From assembly GCA_965203325.1 (NCBI GenBank), contig OZ241875.1, forward strand, positions 1,536,001-1,600,000: a stretch of 64,000 bases of DNA. The letters run 5' to 3'. The first letter of the stretch is position 1. Each line of letters begins with the position of its first letter. Made by a program: the position numbers and the translations under genes. The notes beneath the pieces were generated by a model, which searched no databases, had not been told where the DNA came from, and saw nothing but the letters and a program-made list of their open reading frames with translations. Below, piece by piece: positions 21,113 to 31,077 of this stretch. The DNA is from a bacterium (GTDB taxonomy: Bacteria; UBA8248).

Positions 21113-22075
21113 CTAGGCCTCCGTGCGCGACGTTTCATGCAGGGCGTCGAGCGCCCGCTTCTCGCGGCGCAGCACGTAGATCGCCGTGAGAACGATGAAT
21201 ATCATGAGCACCATGACTACGTAGGACATCGCCGCGCCCTTCGATATGTCGAACGACACCCAGGTCGTGAAATAGAGATAGATGGGTATCGTCTCTGTAG
21301 CGGTGCCGGGCCCTCCCTGGATTAGGCCCCACGTTTTGGGAAATTCCGCCATGGCCTCCAGGAAGCGCAGGATGAGCGCCAGGAATATGACGGGCCTTAA
21401 AAGCGGAAGCTGGATCTCGCGGAATATCTGCAGGCGGTTCGCCCCCAGAATACGCGCAGCCTCCACCGGTTCGGTCGGCAGCGAGGAGAGGCCGGCCAGC
21501 ATGATGATGAAGACGAAAGGCGTCCAGTTCCATATTTCGAGCAATATAATCGTGAAGATGGCGAAATTGGGATTCGACAGCCAGGTGAACTTCGAGAGGT
21601 CCCCCGGCAGGAAATAACTCAAAAACCCGTTGATGGGCCCTTTCTCGTACAAGAGCATGTCGGCGGTGTAGGCTATCACCACGGGCACCGTCAGCATCGG
21701 GAGGATGAAGAGAATGTAGAAAAACGCCTGTCCCCGGAAGGGCTTGTACATCAACAGCGCCAGAATGAAGCCGCATATGAAACAACCCAGCGTCGAGAGA
21801 CCCGCGAACATGAGCGAGCGCCCCATGGCTCTCCAGAAACGACCTTCGGTCAACACCTCCTGGAACAACTCCAGCCCCACGAACTCCGCGTCGAACCACG
21901 TGGAGAGATAAACCGTCCAGGAATGGAACGAAAAATATATCTGCAAGAGAAAGACGGGTATCAGGAACGCGAACAGGAGAATCAGCGGAGAGAGCACGCT
22001 CCATTTGAATATGCGCACGCCCCGGGCGCGCGTAGAGCGTCTACCCTTGGGTTGCGCAATTGTGGCCGTCGCCAT
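21113..22075 (-). CDS. Carbohydrate ABC transporter permease
   Basis: Motifs WNWTPF, EAARILGAN and GGPGTATET. Confidence 0.92.
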   Translation of the reverse strand: MATATIAQPKGRRSTRARGVRIFKWSVLSPLILLFAFLIPVFLLQIYFSFHSWTVYLSTWFDAEFVGLELFQEVLTEGRFWRAMGRSLMFAGLSTLGCFICGFILALLMYKPFRGQAFFYILFILPMLTVPVVIAYTADMLLYEKGPINGFLSYFLPGDLSKFTWLSNPNFAIFTIILLEIWNWTPFVFIIMLAGLSSLPTEPVEAARILGANRLQIFREIQLPLLRPVIFLALILRFLEAMAEFPKTWGLIQGGPGTATETIPIYLYFTTWVSFDISKGAAMSYVVMVLMIFIVLTAIYVLRREKRALDALHETSRTEA

Positions 22076-22239
22076 TCAACAAGACTCCTGCGGTATCGAA
22101 TGAATCGGAGCGTACGCCGGAAACCATTCGGAAGCGATAATCGCGTCGGCAGCCGGGGCGGGCGATTCCCCGCCCGCCCCAACCGGCGAAACATGAAACC
22201 TCCGCCCCGGAGCCGCGCCCCGGGGAGAGAAGGTTCGTC

Positions 22240-23691
22240 TTACATGGGTTTGTCAACCTTCGGCATCATGGCCTTGTAGAAGGGAATCTCCTTCTTGAGC
22301 TTGCGCTTGCCGACCTTGCGGATGATCTTGGCCCATTCGCTCTGGATGTCGCCCATCACCTTCTTGGCGCCCTTCTTGCGGCCCGCGTAGGCCTCGGAGA
22401 GGTTCCGGTCGACGACTTCCTTGAACTCCTGGTAGCCGGTCACATACGGCGGCGGGCAGGTGACGAGGAGGTTGTCCTCCACGGACTTGATGCCCGGCTT
22501 GGTGTAGACCTTCGTCACCTGCGGGTCGGTCATGTGCTTGGGATGCCAGGGATCGTGGAACGTGAACTTCGGATGGCCCACGACCTCGGCGCTGTTCTTG
22601 TAGGTGCTCATGTACATGGCCCATGCGACGGCCTGTTTCTTGCGCGGGCTGTGACGGTTCACCACCATGGCCATCACCGGAGCGGAGAAGGCGCGGTGGA
22701 TGAGCTTGCCGGAGAATTTCGAACCCGGAACCAGGCCGTAATGCCACATGCCCCTGGTTTTGGTGCCCGCCGTCGGGCTTTCGATAGCGGCGATAATTCC
22801 GTCCCAGTACTGGCAGGAGAAAATCTTGCCGTTGCGGATCCGGGGGATCATCTGCGGCGAACCCCAGGCGCCCGCCTCGGGGTGGGAAACCTGCTTGCGA
22901 GCAAGCCAGGTGTCGAAGGCGTATTCGGCCGCCGGCGTGTTCAGCGTGGGGTTGGCGTCGTCGTCGAACGGGAAGCCGCCCGCGCTGTAGAGATACATCC
23001 AGTACCAGAAGCTGCTGTTCGCCTTGTCGCGCAGGCCGCCGAAGCCGTAGAGTTCCTTGTCGGGCCTGTGGAAGTGTTTCATCATTTCGAGTTCGTCTTC
23101 CCAGGTAACAGGCCACTTGAGAGGCTTGCCGTGCTTGTCGGCGAAGGCCTTGCGCTCATCGGGATTGTCGAACAGGTCCTTGCGGATGAACTGCGGGCAG
23201 ACGTTGCCGTCCGTGGGCATGGCGTAGGTCTTGCCCTGATACGTCATGAAGGTCTCAAAGTTGCCCACCATCTTGAGGTCGAAGCCGGCGGCCTTCATGT
23301 AGTCGTCGAGGGGCTCGAGCATTCCCGCCGCCACGAGGGAGGGAATCATCATGGACTCGACGTGGAAGATGTCGAACTTGCCCGAGCGCGTGATGGCCTC
23401 GGCCATGGCCCGCTGGGGAATCTGCAGGTTGGGAACGTCACTGACCTTGTCCATGGAGATGCCGGTGGCTTTATTGAACTCGCGGTTGAGGTCAGGGTAG
23501 TTCCGCCAGTAGAGGCCCCACATCATACCGTTCAGCTTGGCGCCGCCCAGCTTCTTGCCCGCTTTGATGACGACGTCCTCCTCGGGCCCGGCATGGGATT
23601 TGCCCGCGCCGCCGAGAACGGCGGGACCCGCCACCGCAGTGGCCAGACCGGCCTTGAGGAGGCTTCTTCTTTTAATCTGCTTCTCGCTCAT
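22240..23691 (-). CDS. ABC extracellular solute-binding protein, Tat-exported
   Basis: KRRSLLK Tat motif; LEPLDDYM, YAMP and RKDLF..P..W motifs of family-1 SBPs. Confidence 0.88.
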   Translation of the reverse strand: MSEKQIKRRSLLKAGLATAVAGPAVLGGAGKSHAGPEEDVVIKAGKKLGGAKLNGMMWGLYWRNYPDLNREFNKATGISMDKVSDVPNLQIPQRAMAEAITRSGKFDIFHVESMMIPSLVAAGMLEPLDDYMKAAGFDLKMVGNFETFMTYQGKTYAMPTDGNVCPQFIRKDLFDNPDERKAFADKHGKPLKWPVTWEDELEMMKHFHRPDKELYGFGGLRDKANSSFWYWMYLYSAGGFPFDDDANPTLNTPAAEYAFDTWLARKQVSHPEAGAWGSPQMIPRIRNGKIFSCQYWDGIIAAIESPTAGTKTRGMWHYGLVPGSKFSGKLIHRAFSAPVMAMVVNRHSPRKKQAVAWAMYMSTYKNSAEVVGHPKFTFHDPWHPKHMTDPQVTKVYTKPGIKSVEDNLLVTCPPPYVTGYQEFKEVVDRNLSEAYAGRKKGAKKVMGDIQSEWAKIIRKVGKRKLKKEIPFYKAMMPKVDKPM

Positions 23692-23836
23692 CGGGGTGTT
23701 CCTCCTTCATTCTTGGGGTGACCGAGTGGGCGAATGGAATCCGCGTTAAGCGTCCATCGCACGATGAAACGCCGGCCGGCGGATAAACCCGCCTCTCGGC
23801 CCGTATATGCAACTCATAATGCCTTGGTAACAGCGC

Positions 23837-23864
23837 ATTGTATGAAAGCGTCGTTTTTTGTCAA
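23837..23864 (-). promoter_or_regulatory. sigma70 promoter of the ABC operon
   Basis: TTGACA-N16-TACAAT on the minus strand. Confidence 0.65.
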
Positions 23865-24010
23865 CAAGCGCAGCAAGTCCGTCTCAAGTAATTCGCGAGC
23901 CGCAAACCGAACGACACGCAAAAGGAGACGGCGGCGGGAAACAGGCGCAAAAAACCGCCCTCCCCGGCGAGGTTCCAGAGCCGGAGAGGGCGATGCGGTG
24001 CGGCTTGAAT

Positions 24011-24523
24011 CTAGCCTTCGACCGATTCCGCTTCCATTTCCTCCAGCTTTTTCAGGGCCACCTTGTCCCTCAGCAGGAACACCGGACAGGGCGCGCGCCG
24101 GAGAACCTGCTCGGAGACGCTGCCAATCAGGAAGCGGCTCACCATGTTGTGGCCGTGCGTTCCCATGACGAGGAGGTCGAAATCCCCCGTGTCGGCGAAT
24201 TGCACGATCTCCTTCACCGGTTCGCCGAAAACGACGAGAGTTTCGATGGGCACGGCCGACTCGATCTGTTTCGTCATCACGTCGAGATTGCTCTGCAACT
24301 CGATGCGCGTATCCTCGAGCAGCCGGCTCGGAGAGATGGTGCCCACGAGTTCCGCACCGTAGCCGCCGTATTTGGCCGCGTAGTCGGGGTTTCTGGCCAC
24401 GTGGATGGCCATGACTTCCGCGTTGCGGTTCTCCCCGATCTCCGCCGCGACCTTCAGGACGCCCCGGCTGAGTTCCGAGAAATCGACGGCTGCCAGTACT
24501 TTCTTGGGGTCATATATTCGCAT
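24011..24523 (-). CDS. Universal stress protein
   Basis: Motifs VLAAVDFS, DLLVMGTHG and IGSVSEQVLRRAPCPV. Confidence 0.93.
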   Translation of the reverse strand: MRIYDPKKVLAAVDFSELSRGVLKVAAEIGENRNAEVMAIHVARNPDYAAKYGGYGAELVGTISPSRLLEDTRIELQSNLDVMTKQIESAVPIETLVVFGEPVKEIVQFADTGDFDLLVMGTHGHNMVSRFLIGSVSEQVLRRAPCPVFLLRDKVALKKLEEMEAESVEG

Positions 24524-24802
24524 GGCGTTTCCCTCCGATATGAATGAAATAAGATGTTTCCGTCCTTGCACCAAGCAAAAAGCGGAGCCTTTGGAGGCCC
24601 CGCTTTCCTTCTTGTTTTTTCGCCTGCGGAGGCCTGCCGAATTCCTTGCGCCGGCTGTCTTTTGACATCCCCCGAGAGGCCGGCGCGCTGCTTCAGGGGA
24701 CTAGACTCCATCACTCCATCAACCCCCTATGGTCTGTTTCAAATATAGGCCCTCATGCGCCATCTTTCAAGAAGATTCCGCGCGCAAGCCGCCCCGCCCG
24801 CC

Positions 24803-25786
24803 TTAATCGATCTCCACCACCACGTTACCGACGTTCGCGAAATTCTCCATGATCTCGTGCGCGGCGGCGGTATCCTCCAGGGAAAAGCGCGCAGCGATGT
24901 GGTGGGTGAGCGCCCCCGCCTTGCACGCTGTGTTGATGTCGCTGCACGCCTGATCAATCGCCGCGTCCGGCATGGTGTAGACGAACACCATGCGGATGGC
25001 CGTGTTCCCGGGCATCATCTGGTACCAGGGCAGCACGGGTTCGGGAACGCGCGTGGAGCCGTAAGCGGCGACGGTCCCGTTTCCCTTGAGCACCTTGCGG
25101 GTGACGTCCAGGTTCTCGCCGAAATCCACCTCGCAAATCCTGTCCACGCCCGCGCCGCCGGTGATCTCCAGGATGCGCTCCGCTGCGTCCTCATCGCGGT
25201 AGTTCACCACGTGGTCCGCACCCGCCTCGCGCGCGATCCGCGCCTTCTCCTCGTTGCTGACGGTGGCGATGACATCGGCGCCCCCCCACTTGGCGAGCTG
25301 CACGCCGTAGCGCCCCACGGCGCCCGCCCCGCCGGTGACGAGCGCAGTCTGCCCCATGATTGGCCCGTCGATAAAAAGCGCCCTGTGGGCGGTCATCGCC
25401 GGAATCGCCAGACACGCGCCCTGGGCGAAATCCACCGAATCCGCCAGCGGCACCGCCTGCCGCTCGGGCAGAACGATGAACTCGGCGGCCGTGCCGTAAG
25501 GCCTTTGCCACTGGCCGTTGAATATCCAGACGCGCTCGCCCACGCGGGCCGCGTCCACACCCTCGCCCACGCTCTCGATGACGCCCGCGCCGTCCGAGTG
25601 GGGGATGATTCTCGGCCAGCGCATCTCGCCGCGCGAACCCAGGCGGCCTTTGTAGTCCGAAGGGTTCGCGCCCGAGGCGTGGAGGCGCACGCGCACTTCG
25701 CCCGCGCCGGGCTCGGGGGTATCGAGTTCACCGAATTTCAGCACTTCATTCGCCGGGCCATACGCTTCATACCAGACGGCTCGCAT
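24803..25786 (-). CDS. NADPH:quinone reductase (zeta-crystallin/MDR family)
   Basis: Motifs ASGANPSD, IPHSDGAG and VTGGAGAVG. Confidence 0.92.
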   Translation of the reverse strand: MRAVWYEAYGPANEVLKFGELDTPEPGAGEVRVRLHASGANPSDYKGRLGSRGEMRWPRIIPHSDGAGVIESVGEGVDAARVGERVWIFNGQWQRPYGTAAEFIVLPERQAVPLADSVDFAQGACLAIPAMTAHRALFIDGPIMGQTALVTGGAGAVGRYGVQLAKWGGADVIATVSNEEKARIAREAGADHVVNYRDEDAAERILEITGGAGVDRICEVDFGENLDVTRKVLKGNGTVAAYGSTRVPEPVLPWYQMMPGNTAIRMVFVYTMPDAAIDQACSDINTACKAGALTHHIAARFSLEDTAAAHEIMENFANVGNVVVEID

Positions 25787-25880
25787 GATCTCTCCTTCAT
25801 ATAATCATTATGAATTGCCTGACAGGATAAAGAACGGAAAACGCCTCCCGCCCGTTAAAGCGCAAAACCTTGCGCCGGTC

Positions 25881-26999
25881 TTACGCCGCGGTACGCTCTC
25901 GCTCGATCATCTCCTTGATTCGGGGAATCAGGTCGCGCGCGGCGCGGTGGCATTCCTCCACGTGGGGGTAGCCCGAGAGGATGAACTCATCGATGCCCAA
26001 TCGCCAGTAGCCGAGAAGCTCCTCCGCAATTTGCTGGGGCGTTCCCACGAGCGCGGAGCCGCAGTTCACCCGCACCTGGGAGATGCCGTTCCAAAGATGC
26101 GGCCCGACCCGGAAATCCTCGAACGCGCGCGCCTGTGCGGCGGCGCCGACCATGCTCGTGCCGGCCACCAGCGCGCCGCGCTGCGCCTTCACGGTATCCT
26201 CCGCGCGGCTGAGCAACTCGCGCGTCTCATCCCAGGCATCTTCTTCAGTGTCGCGCATTACCAAGTGGGAGCGCACGCCGAAGACGGGCGTCCGCCCCGC
26301 CTCGGCGAAAGAGGCCCGTGCGCGCTCAAGGTGCTTTCGGGTCTCCTCCACCGGCCCTATCCAACCGAGGTAAACGTCCGACTGCGTTCCCGCGAGCTTG
26401 AGTGCGGCGGGCGATGCGCCGCCGAGATAGAACTGGGGCGTCTCTCCCGCCGGGCCGGGCGAGCAGTGCACATCGCTCAGCTTCACGAACTTCCCGTCGA
26501 AGCTGACGGGCTCGGGTTTTTCCCATAGCTTGCGGATGGCGGCTATGAACTCCTCCGCGCGTTCGTAGCGCGTATCGTGGTCGATCCGCTCGCCCATCTT
26601 CTCGAACTCGCCCTTGATGCCGCCGGGCACGACGTTCAGGTCCACGCGCCCGCCCGTAATCTGGCTGAGCGTGGCCGCCATCTGCGCGAACAGGCCGGGG
26701 TTCACGAAGCCGGGGCGCACGGCGATGAGAAAACGTATCTTCTCGCTCCGCGCGGCCAGCGCCGTCACCATCGTCCAGGTCTCCGCCAGGGGGGCGCCCT
26801 GGTCGAAAAGCCCGTTGGCAAAGCGCGTGGGGATGAGCATGGAGTAGAAGCCGTTCTCCTCCGCCGCCTTCACCACCTCGCTCAGGTATTCAAACGTGGG
26901 CGGACGCTCGGCCCGCAGCGTGCCGATGTGCGCGCCGTCACCGTCGATCGGAATGAACCAGTCGAAGCGCGGCGCCGGACGTTCGTGATTGTTGGCCAT
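25881..26999 (-). CDS. LLM-class monooxygenase, alkanesulfonate monooxygenase (SsuD)-like
   Basis: Motifs WFIP.DGDG, FLIAVRPG, YLGGAS, ALVGTP and FILSGYPH.EE. Confidence 0.85.
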   Translation of the reverse strand: MANNHERPAPRFDWFIPIDGDGAHIGTLRAERPPTFEYLSEVVKAAEENGFYSMLIPTRFANGLFDQGAPLAETWTMVTALAARSEKIRFLIAVRPGFVNPGLFAQMAATLSQITGGRVDLNVVPGGIKGEFEKMGERIDHDTRYERAEEFIAAIRKLWEKPEPVSFDGKFVKLSDVHCSPGPAGETPQFYLGGASPAALKLAGTQSDVYLGWIGPVEETRKHLERARASFAEAGRTPVFGVRSHLVMRDTEEDAWDETRELLSRAEDTVKAQRGALVAGTSMVGAAAQARAFEDFRVGPHLWNGISQVRVNCGSALVGTPQQIAEELLGYWRLGIDEFILSGYPHVEECHRAARDLIPRIKEMIERERTAA

Positions 27000-27122
27000 G
27001 CGGAATACTCCCCTGCGTTTTCAGTATGAAATTCCGGCGATTCTATTACAGAAGCAGGGGGCTTGAAAGGCGGTGGCGCTCCGCAATTCCAGTCACTTCC
27101 GAACCTGCCATTTCTTCATACA

Positions 27123-27149
27123 GCAGGGCGGTTCGCGAACCACCCCTGC
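27123..27149. repeat. Single GTAG-family REP variant
   Basis: GCAGGGCGGTTCGCGAACCACCCCTGC resembles the REP at 10065-10088. Confidence 0.6.
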
Positions 27150-27286
27150 CAAAGGGGGATATCCGTAAAGAATGGAGAACGAGAAACAGGCTGCTTATGA
27201 TGCCCTTTTGACTTTTCGGTCCAAAATCGCTAGTCTCCGTGTAGAGGACCCGTACTCTTTCTTACTCACCGGAGGCGGGGGGAACC

Positions 27287-27736
27287 ATGCAAAAACTCTT
27301 CGATCATTTCAAAACCAACGCCGGCGTATGGACGTTCGGGCTATTCATGGCCGCGATAGCGGGCGGCATCTATCAATTCACGGTATTCATGGTCAGCGCC
27401 CAGGTCACGCCCGTCAGCGAGCGCGTCGATGCGGAAGTCAAGAGGCTCGACGCGGCGGATGGGAACACGAACATCAGAATCGCCGATTTCAAGGAGCACA
27501 TGGACGAGCGTTTCGACGAATTGAAGAGAGGCGTGGGTGACCTCAAAGAAGATGTAAAGCGCAACAGGGAGCGAATCGATCTTCTCGACAAAAAAATCGA
27601 GAGGAAAATAGAATTCCTGGATCGGAAAATAAGCCGTTTGGATGCGAAAATCGACAAGAAATTCGACCTGCTGGATGCGAAAATGGACGAGAAGTTCAAC
27701 CTCATCCTGCTGAGGCTCCCGCCGCTCAAGAAATAG
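27287..27736 (+). CDS. Membrane-anchored coiled-coil repeat protein (Bdr/DUF1640-like)
   Basis: N-terminal hydrophobic segment followed by LDxKI/LDAKM repeats; GGAGG upstream. Confidence 0.65.
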   Translation: MQKLFDHFKTNAGVWTFGLFMAAIAGGIYQFTVFMVSAQVTPVSERVDAEVKRLDAADGNTNIRIADFKEHMDERFDELKRGVGDLKEDVKRNRERIDLLDKKIERKIEFLDRKISRLDAKIDKKFDLLDAKMDEKFNLILLRLPPLKK

Positions 27737-27789
27737 TTTTCAGATATCGGTCTATGAGCGCTCACGCTCGAATACCCGCCGCATAACCC

Positions 27790-28422
27790 TCAAGCCAGCG
27801 TTTCGCCGAGCGCCGCCAGTTCATCGAGCGCATCCCTGGCGAAGGAACTCTGGAAGACGGCCTCCGCTGCAGCCCCCGGATAGACGGCCCACAGCGCGTC
27901 CTTATCGCAGAACAAGATGGTGGTGAGAGGCCGCAAAACGATCGCGCCTACAGTTTCGTGCACGTCGGGCCGGTTGATCCACCTGCGGAACGAGGCTTCG
28001 CAGTCCGCCGCAAGTGTGAGTTCTGAATCCCAGAGCGGATCGCCCGAATAGAAGTTCTGAAGATTCGGGCCGGCGAATTCATTCTCAAGATATGCGCGCT
28101 CAAGCGGCTGGAGGCTTTCCGCTTTCTTGTGGATTCTGAACGAATGAGACGCCGCGCAGGCGACGCCTATCCGCATCGTGGCGGGGCTTTGGCGAGATTG
28201 CGCGCGATACTCGAACCACACGCTCTTGCCCGAATAGCGGCCCCGCAAATGGCCGCCTTCGAGATGCGACGTTCCCGCATCCAGAATTTCTGCCAGCGGC
28301 TTCATCCGGCGGGCGAGCCACACGTCGCGGAAGAAGACGTAATAGACGACTGCGCCGAGAACCACCGCCAGGGCGAGGAGGCTCGGTCCGTCCAAATGCA
28401 CTCCAAAAAGCGACAAACCCAT
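27790..28422 (-). CDS. Hypothetical membrane protein
   Basis: 210-aa ORF with an N-terminal TM helix. Confidence 0.6.
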   Translation of the reverse strand: MGLSLFGVHLDGPSLLALAVVLGAVVYYVFFRDVWLARRMKPLAEILDAGTSHLEGGHLRGRYSGKSVWFEYRAQSRQSPATMRIGVACAASHSFRIHKKAESLQPLERAYLENEFAGPNLQNFYSGDPLWDSELTLAADCEASFRRWINRPDVHETVGAIVLRPLTTILFCDKDALWAVYPGAAAEAVFQSSFARDALDELAALGETLA

Positions 28423-28493
28423 AGGCTCAAAACCTTTTGGTGAACCATCTCACAAGTCTACAAACCATCTTTGAGAATCCTACGCTCCGCGAG

Positions 28494-28521
28494 TCTGGAT
28501 TCCGGCTTTCGCCGGAATGAC
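28494..28521. repeat. Palindromic GATTCCGG..CCGGAATGAC (dRS3-like) repeat
   Basis: TCTGGATTCCGGCTTTCGCCGGAATGAC; related GTCATTCCG units at ~10109, ~11860 and ~41503. Confidence 0.6.
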
Positions 28522-28547
28522 GATGAGAAAAACATTCCCGCAAGAGT

Positions 28548-30896
28548 CTATTCAGCATCACTAAACCTTACTTTTCCTCCGCTAGATTCAACAGCTTCGA
28601 TTATGATCTTCCGTATCTCGGACAGAAACTTTCTTGACAGCGGGGGCATCACAGCTTCGGGAAGCGGTGCCGTCTCGTCATAGATATTGCGGATATCACG
28701 GGTTCGCAGGCGTGTGGAACCCCTGCCGCGACGATCATAGGCAGTCCGCCAATCTTCAAGATGTTCTTTGATCAAACGTCGATGAGCCAAACCATCTATA
28801 GCCCCGGATACTCTTTCCCGCACACTTTCGATCGCCGCTTGCCTCTCTCTTTCATCCCCCTCATTCTTGAGTTCACGAGTCCAACTGGTCGGCTGGTCCA
28901 GAAACCGCGAAATGGATTCAGTCAATCGATCACTCAGATCCGCAACGGGACGAAGTTCAACATATTCGACGTTGAGTTCGTCCGCGATGCGTCGATTGAG
29001 AGCTTTGATACTAGCCCAGTGTGCCTTATTTGTTCCTTCGTAACTGCCGAACCCAAGTATAGCCAGCCAACGATTCTGAAATTTCTCAACCGCTTCTCTC
29101 ACAGCAAGAGCAATGCCGTCTGTGTCGTAGACAGGACAGGCTTCGGACAATGGCGTTGGTGAGATAGCTTGCTCACAGAATTGGGTCAGTCTCTTCATTT
29201 CTTCTTGCACGAAATTGTTTGCCGCTGGAGGTAACTTGGAAAGTTTCTTATCGACGCCGCCGAGTATGAAACATCGGCCGTCAATTTCCTGTTCCATGCT
29301 TCTGGCGACTGGTTCACTTAGAATGTCCATGTCCCTCAAGCTGGATAGAGCATTCCGGACTGAATCCATAACATGGTTCCGCTTGTCGCTGAATGTTCGA
29401 AGATTTTGCCCCTTTATCTGATCAAAGTGAGTAAAAGCGATTGCGGTTTTGCTGTTGTGGCCACGAGTGGCAACAGCGCGGAGCACTGAAAGAGGAGCAG
29501 CCTGCATCGGCTGCTGAGCATTGTCTACGAGGAGAATGACGTCTGCTTGGTTAAACCGCTCGGTGATATGAGTGGGGACACTAGAGGAAGAATCCGCCGT
29601 ATGCCCCAAGCCTTGTCCGTCTATGAGTACTAGTTTTGGTGTATCGTTGGAAAAGTCTGGAAACAAAGGCCCTTTAACGCGAATCCCCTCTACGAGGGGT
29701 GTCAACAATCGACCAAAATCCCGCCAAAAATTGCTGGAGAACCAGCGGATATTGCGAATGAATTCATCCCGGTCTTCTGTGTTGAACAACCAAAATATGG
29801 GCCACCCCTCCGAGGAATGCCGACATATCTCTCCCGCTTTCAAAAGGTCGAACCGCGCCCGGAGCGCATCCAACACATTATGGACAAGCGCATAATAATG
29901 ATCGTCATTGCTGATGTAGGTGTCGAGTTCTTCTTCGATTAACTGCTTCGCTGCATCACGGTCGGGGTTAGCAGGATTATCGAAATCAACGCCGAGGTCG
30001 GCTGATAATCGTTCGCGGGCTCTCTTTGTCAACTGCAAGATCTGATCGATGAACCCTTCAAGAACGTCCCGGTTTTCGGCTCTTTCACCATCCGTGAGAC
30101 CCGTTTCTTCATTAGTGTTTGGGCTCACGCTCACATCTTCCTCATAATCGAAAGAAAACTCATCTTCTTCACTGTGCTGTTCAGTGGCCTCTCGCCATCC
30201 CCCGAGAACATAGCTGAGACGGAATTTTTGGTCGCGATGATTCAGGAAGCGTTCGGCTATTTTGTCTCTGAGAGCACCTTCGTACGCAGCAAGACAGGCA
30301 TCAATGATGCATTCTTCTACGTTCGCTTGAACCTGAAACTCGGTAAAGAATGTAACGACAGCCTCAAAACTGCCCTCTGCCTGCACGACTTCGATGTCGG
30401 CAATCGTAGTCTTGTTAGGGGCTGTTGACGGGAACCGGTCATTATCGGGGTCCGATCCGATAAGTTGCCTTAGCAGCGAAGTCTTTCCGGCCCCGGTCGT
30501 CCCAACGAATAAAACGCGTGAATAGCCATCTTCCTTTCTAGGAAGTGGGATGTGGACTTCTCGCAGGTCTCCCGGCTTGGATCGCCCGGCTTGGATCGCA
30601 TCATAGAATGCGTTGACAATGACCTTTGAGAAGCGTTGCTCCGCTTCGGGACGTTTGGTGCTGTTCCACCAGGATCGGTCAGAAAGAATCGTATTCATTT
30701 CAGCAACTAGACTATCCGCCTCGATTTCGTTTTCCGTCCCCAGACCACGACGCATTTTGAGACCCGTCTTCCCTTTGGCGTCCTTTCGGAGGGGATGACG
30801 AAAGCTGATTGACCATCCTGGACGATTCGTGCGTGATTTCGAGGCGGTATAGGTTCGGTCAGGCGCGTCATTGTTTTTTGCCACTTTTCTCACCAT
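28548..30896 (-). CDS. Dynamin-like P-loop GTPase with N-terminal basic domain; candidate defence protein
   Basis: G1 GTTGAGKTS, G2-like TT, G3 IDGQG split from G1 by a long helical insert, G4 THFD; helical C-terminus; visibly lower GC than neighbours. Confidence 0.75.
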   Translation of the reverse strand: MVRKVAKNNDAPDRTYTASKSRTNRPGWSISFRHPLRKDAKGKTGLKMRRGLGTENEIEADSLVAEMNTILSDRSWWNSTKRPEAEQRFSKVIVNAFYDAIQAGRSKPGDLREVHIPLPRKEDGYSRVLFVGTTGAGKTSLLRQLIGSDPDNDRFPSTAPNKTTIADIEVVQAEGSFEAVVTFFTEFQVQANVEECIIDACLAAYEGALRDKIAERFLNHRDQKFRLSYVLGGWREATEQHSEEDEFSFDYEEDVSVSPNTNEETGLTDGERAENRDVLEGFIDQILQLTKRARERLSADLGVDFDNPANPDRDAAKQLIEEELDTYISNDDHYYALVHNVLDALRARFDLLKAGEICRHSSEGWPIFWLFNTEDRDEFIRNIRWFSSNFWRDFGRLLTPLVEGIRVKGPLFPDFSNDTPKLVLIDGQGLGHTADSSSSVPTHITERFNQADVILLVDNAQQPMQAAPLSVLRAVATRGHNSKTAIAFTHFDQIKGQNLRTFSDKRNHVMDSVRNALSSLRDMDILSEPVARSMEQEIDGRCFILGGVDKKLSKLPPAANNFVQEEMKRLTQFCEQAISPTPLSEACPVYDTDGIALAVREAVEKFQNRWLAILGFGSYEGTNKAHWASIKALNRRIADELNVEYVELRPVADLSDRLTESISRFLDQPTSWTRELKNEGDERERQAAIESVRERVSGAIDGLAHRRLIKEHLEDWRTAYDRRGRGSTRLRTRDIRNIYDETAPLPEAVMPPLSRKFLSEIRKIIIEAVESSGGKVRFSDAE

Positions 30897-30921
30897 TCAA
30901 TCCTCCTAATGAATGTATCCC

Positions 30922-31006
30922 GAAACAACAATGCGTTGTTCCTTGTTGTGGCAATATATGACGAACGCAGGATTTTGTCAAGAATTTTAGTACAACTCGG
31001 AACAAC
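30922..31006 (-). promoter_or_regulatory. sigma70 promoter bracketed by inverted operator-like repeats
   Basis: TTGACA (30981-30976)-N17-TATATT (30958-30953); inverted repeat GTTGTTCCttGTTGT (30935-30949) / ACAACtcGGAACAAC (30992-31006). Confidence 0.7.
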
Positions 31007-31077
31007 ATTTTTAGAATAAATTAAAGAGTAAGTTCATCTCACCAAAAAACAACCCCACCAACCATCCGTGTATGACT

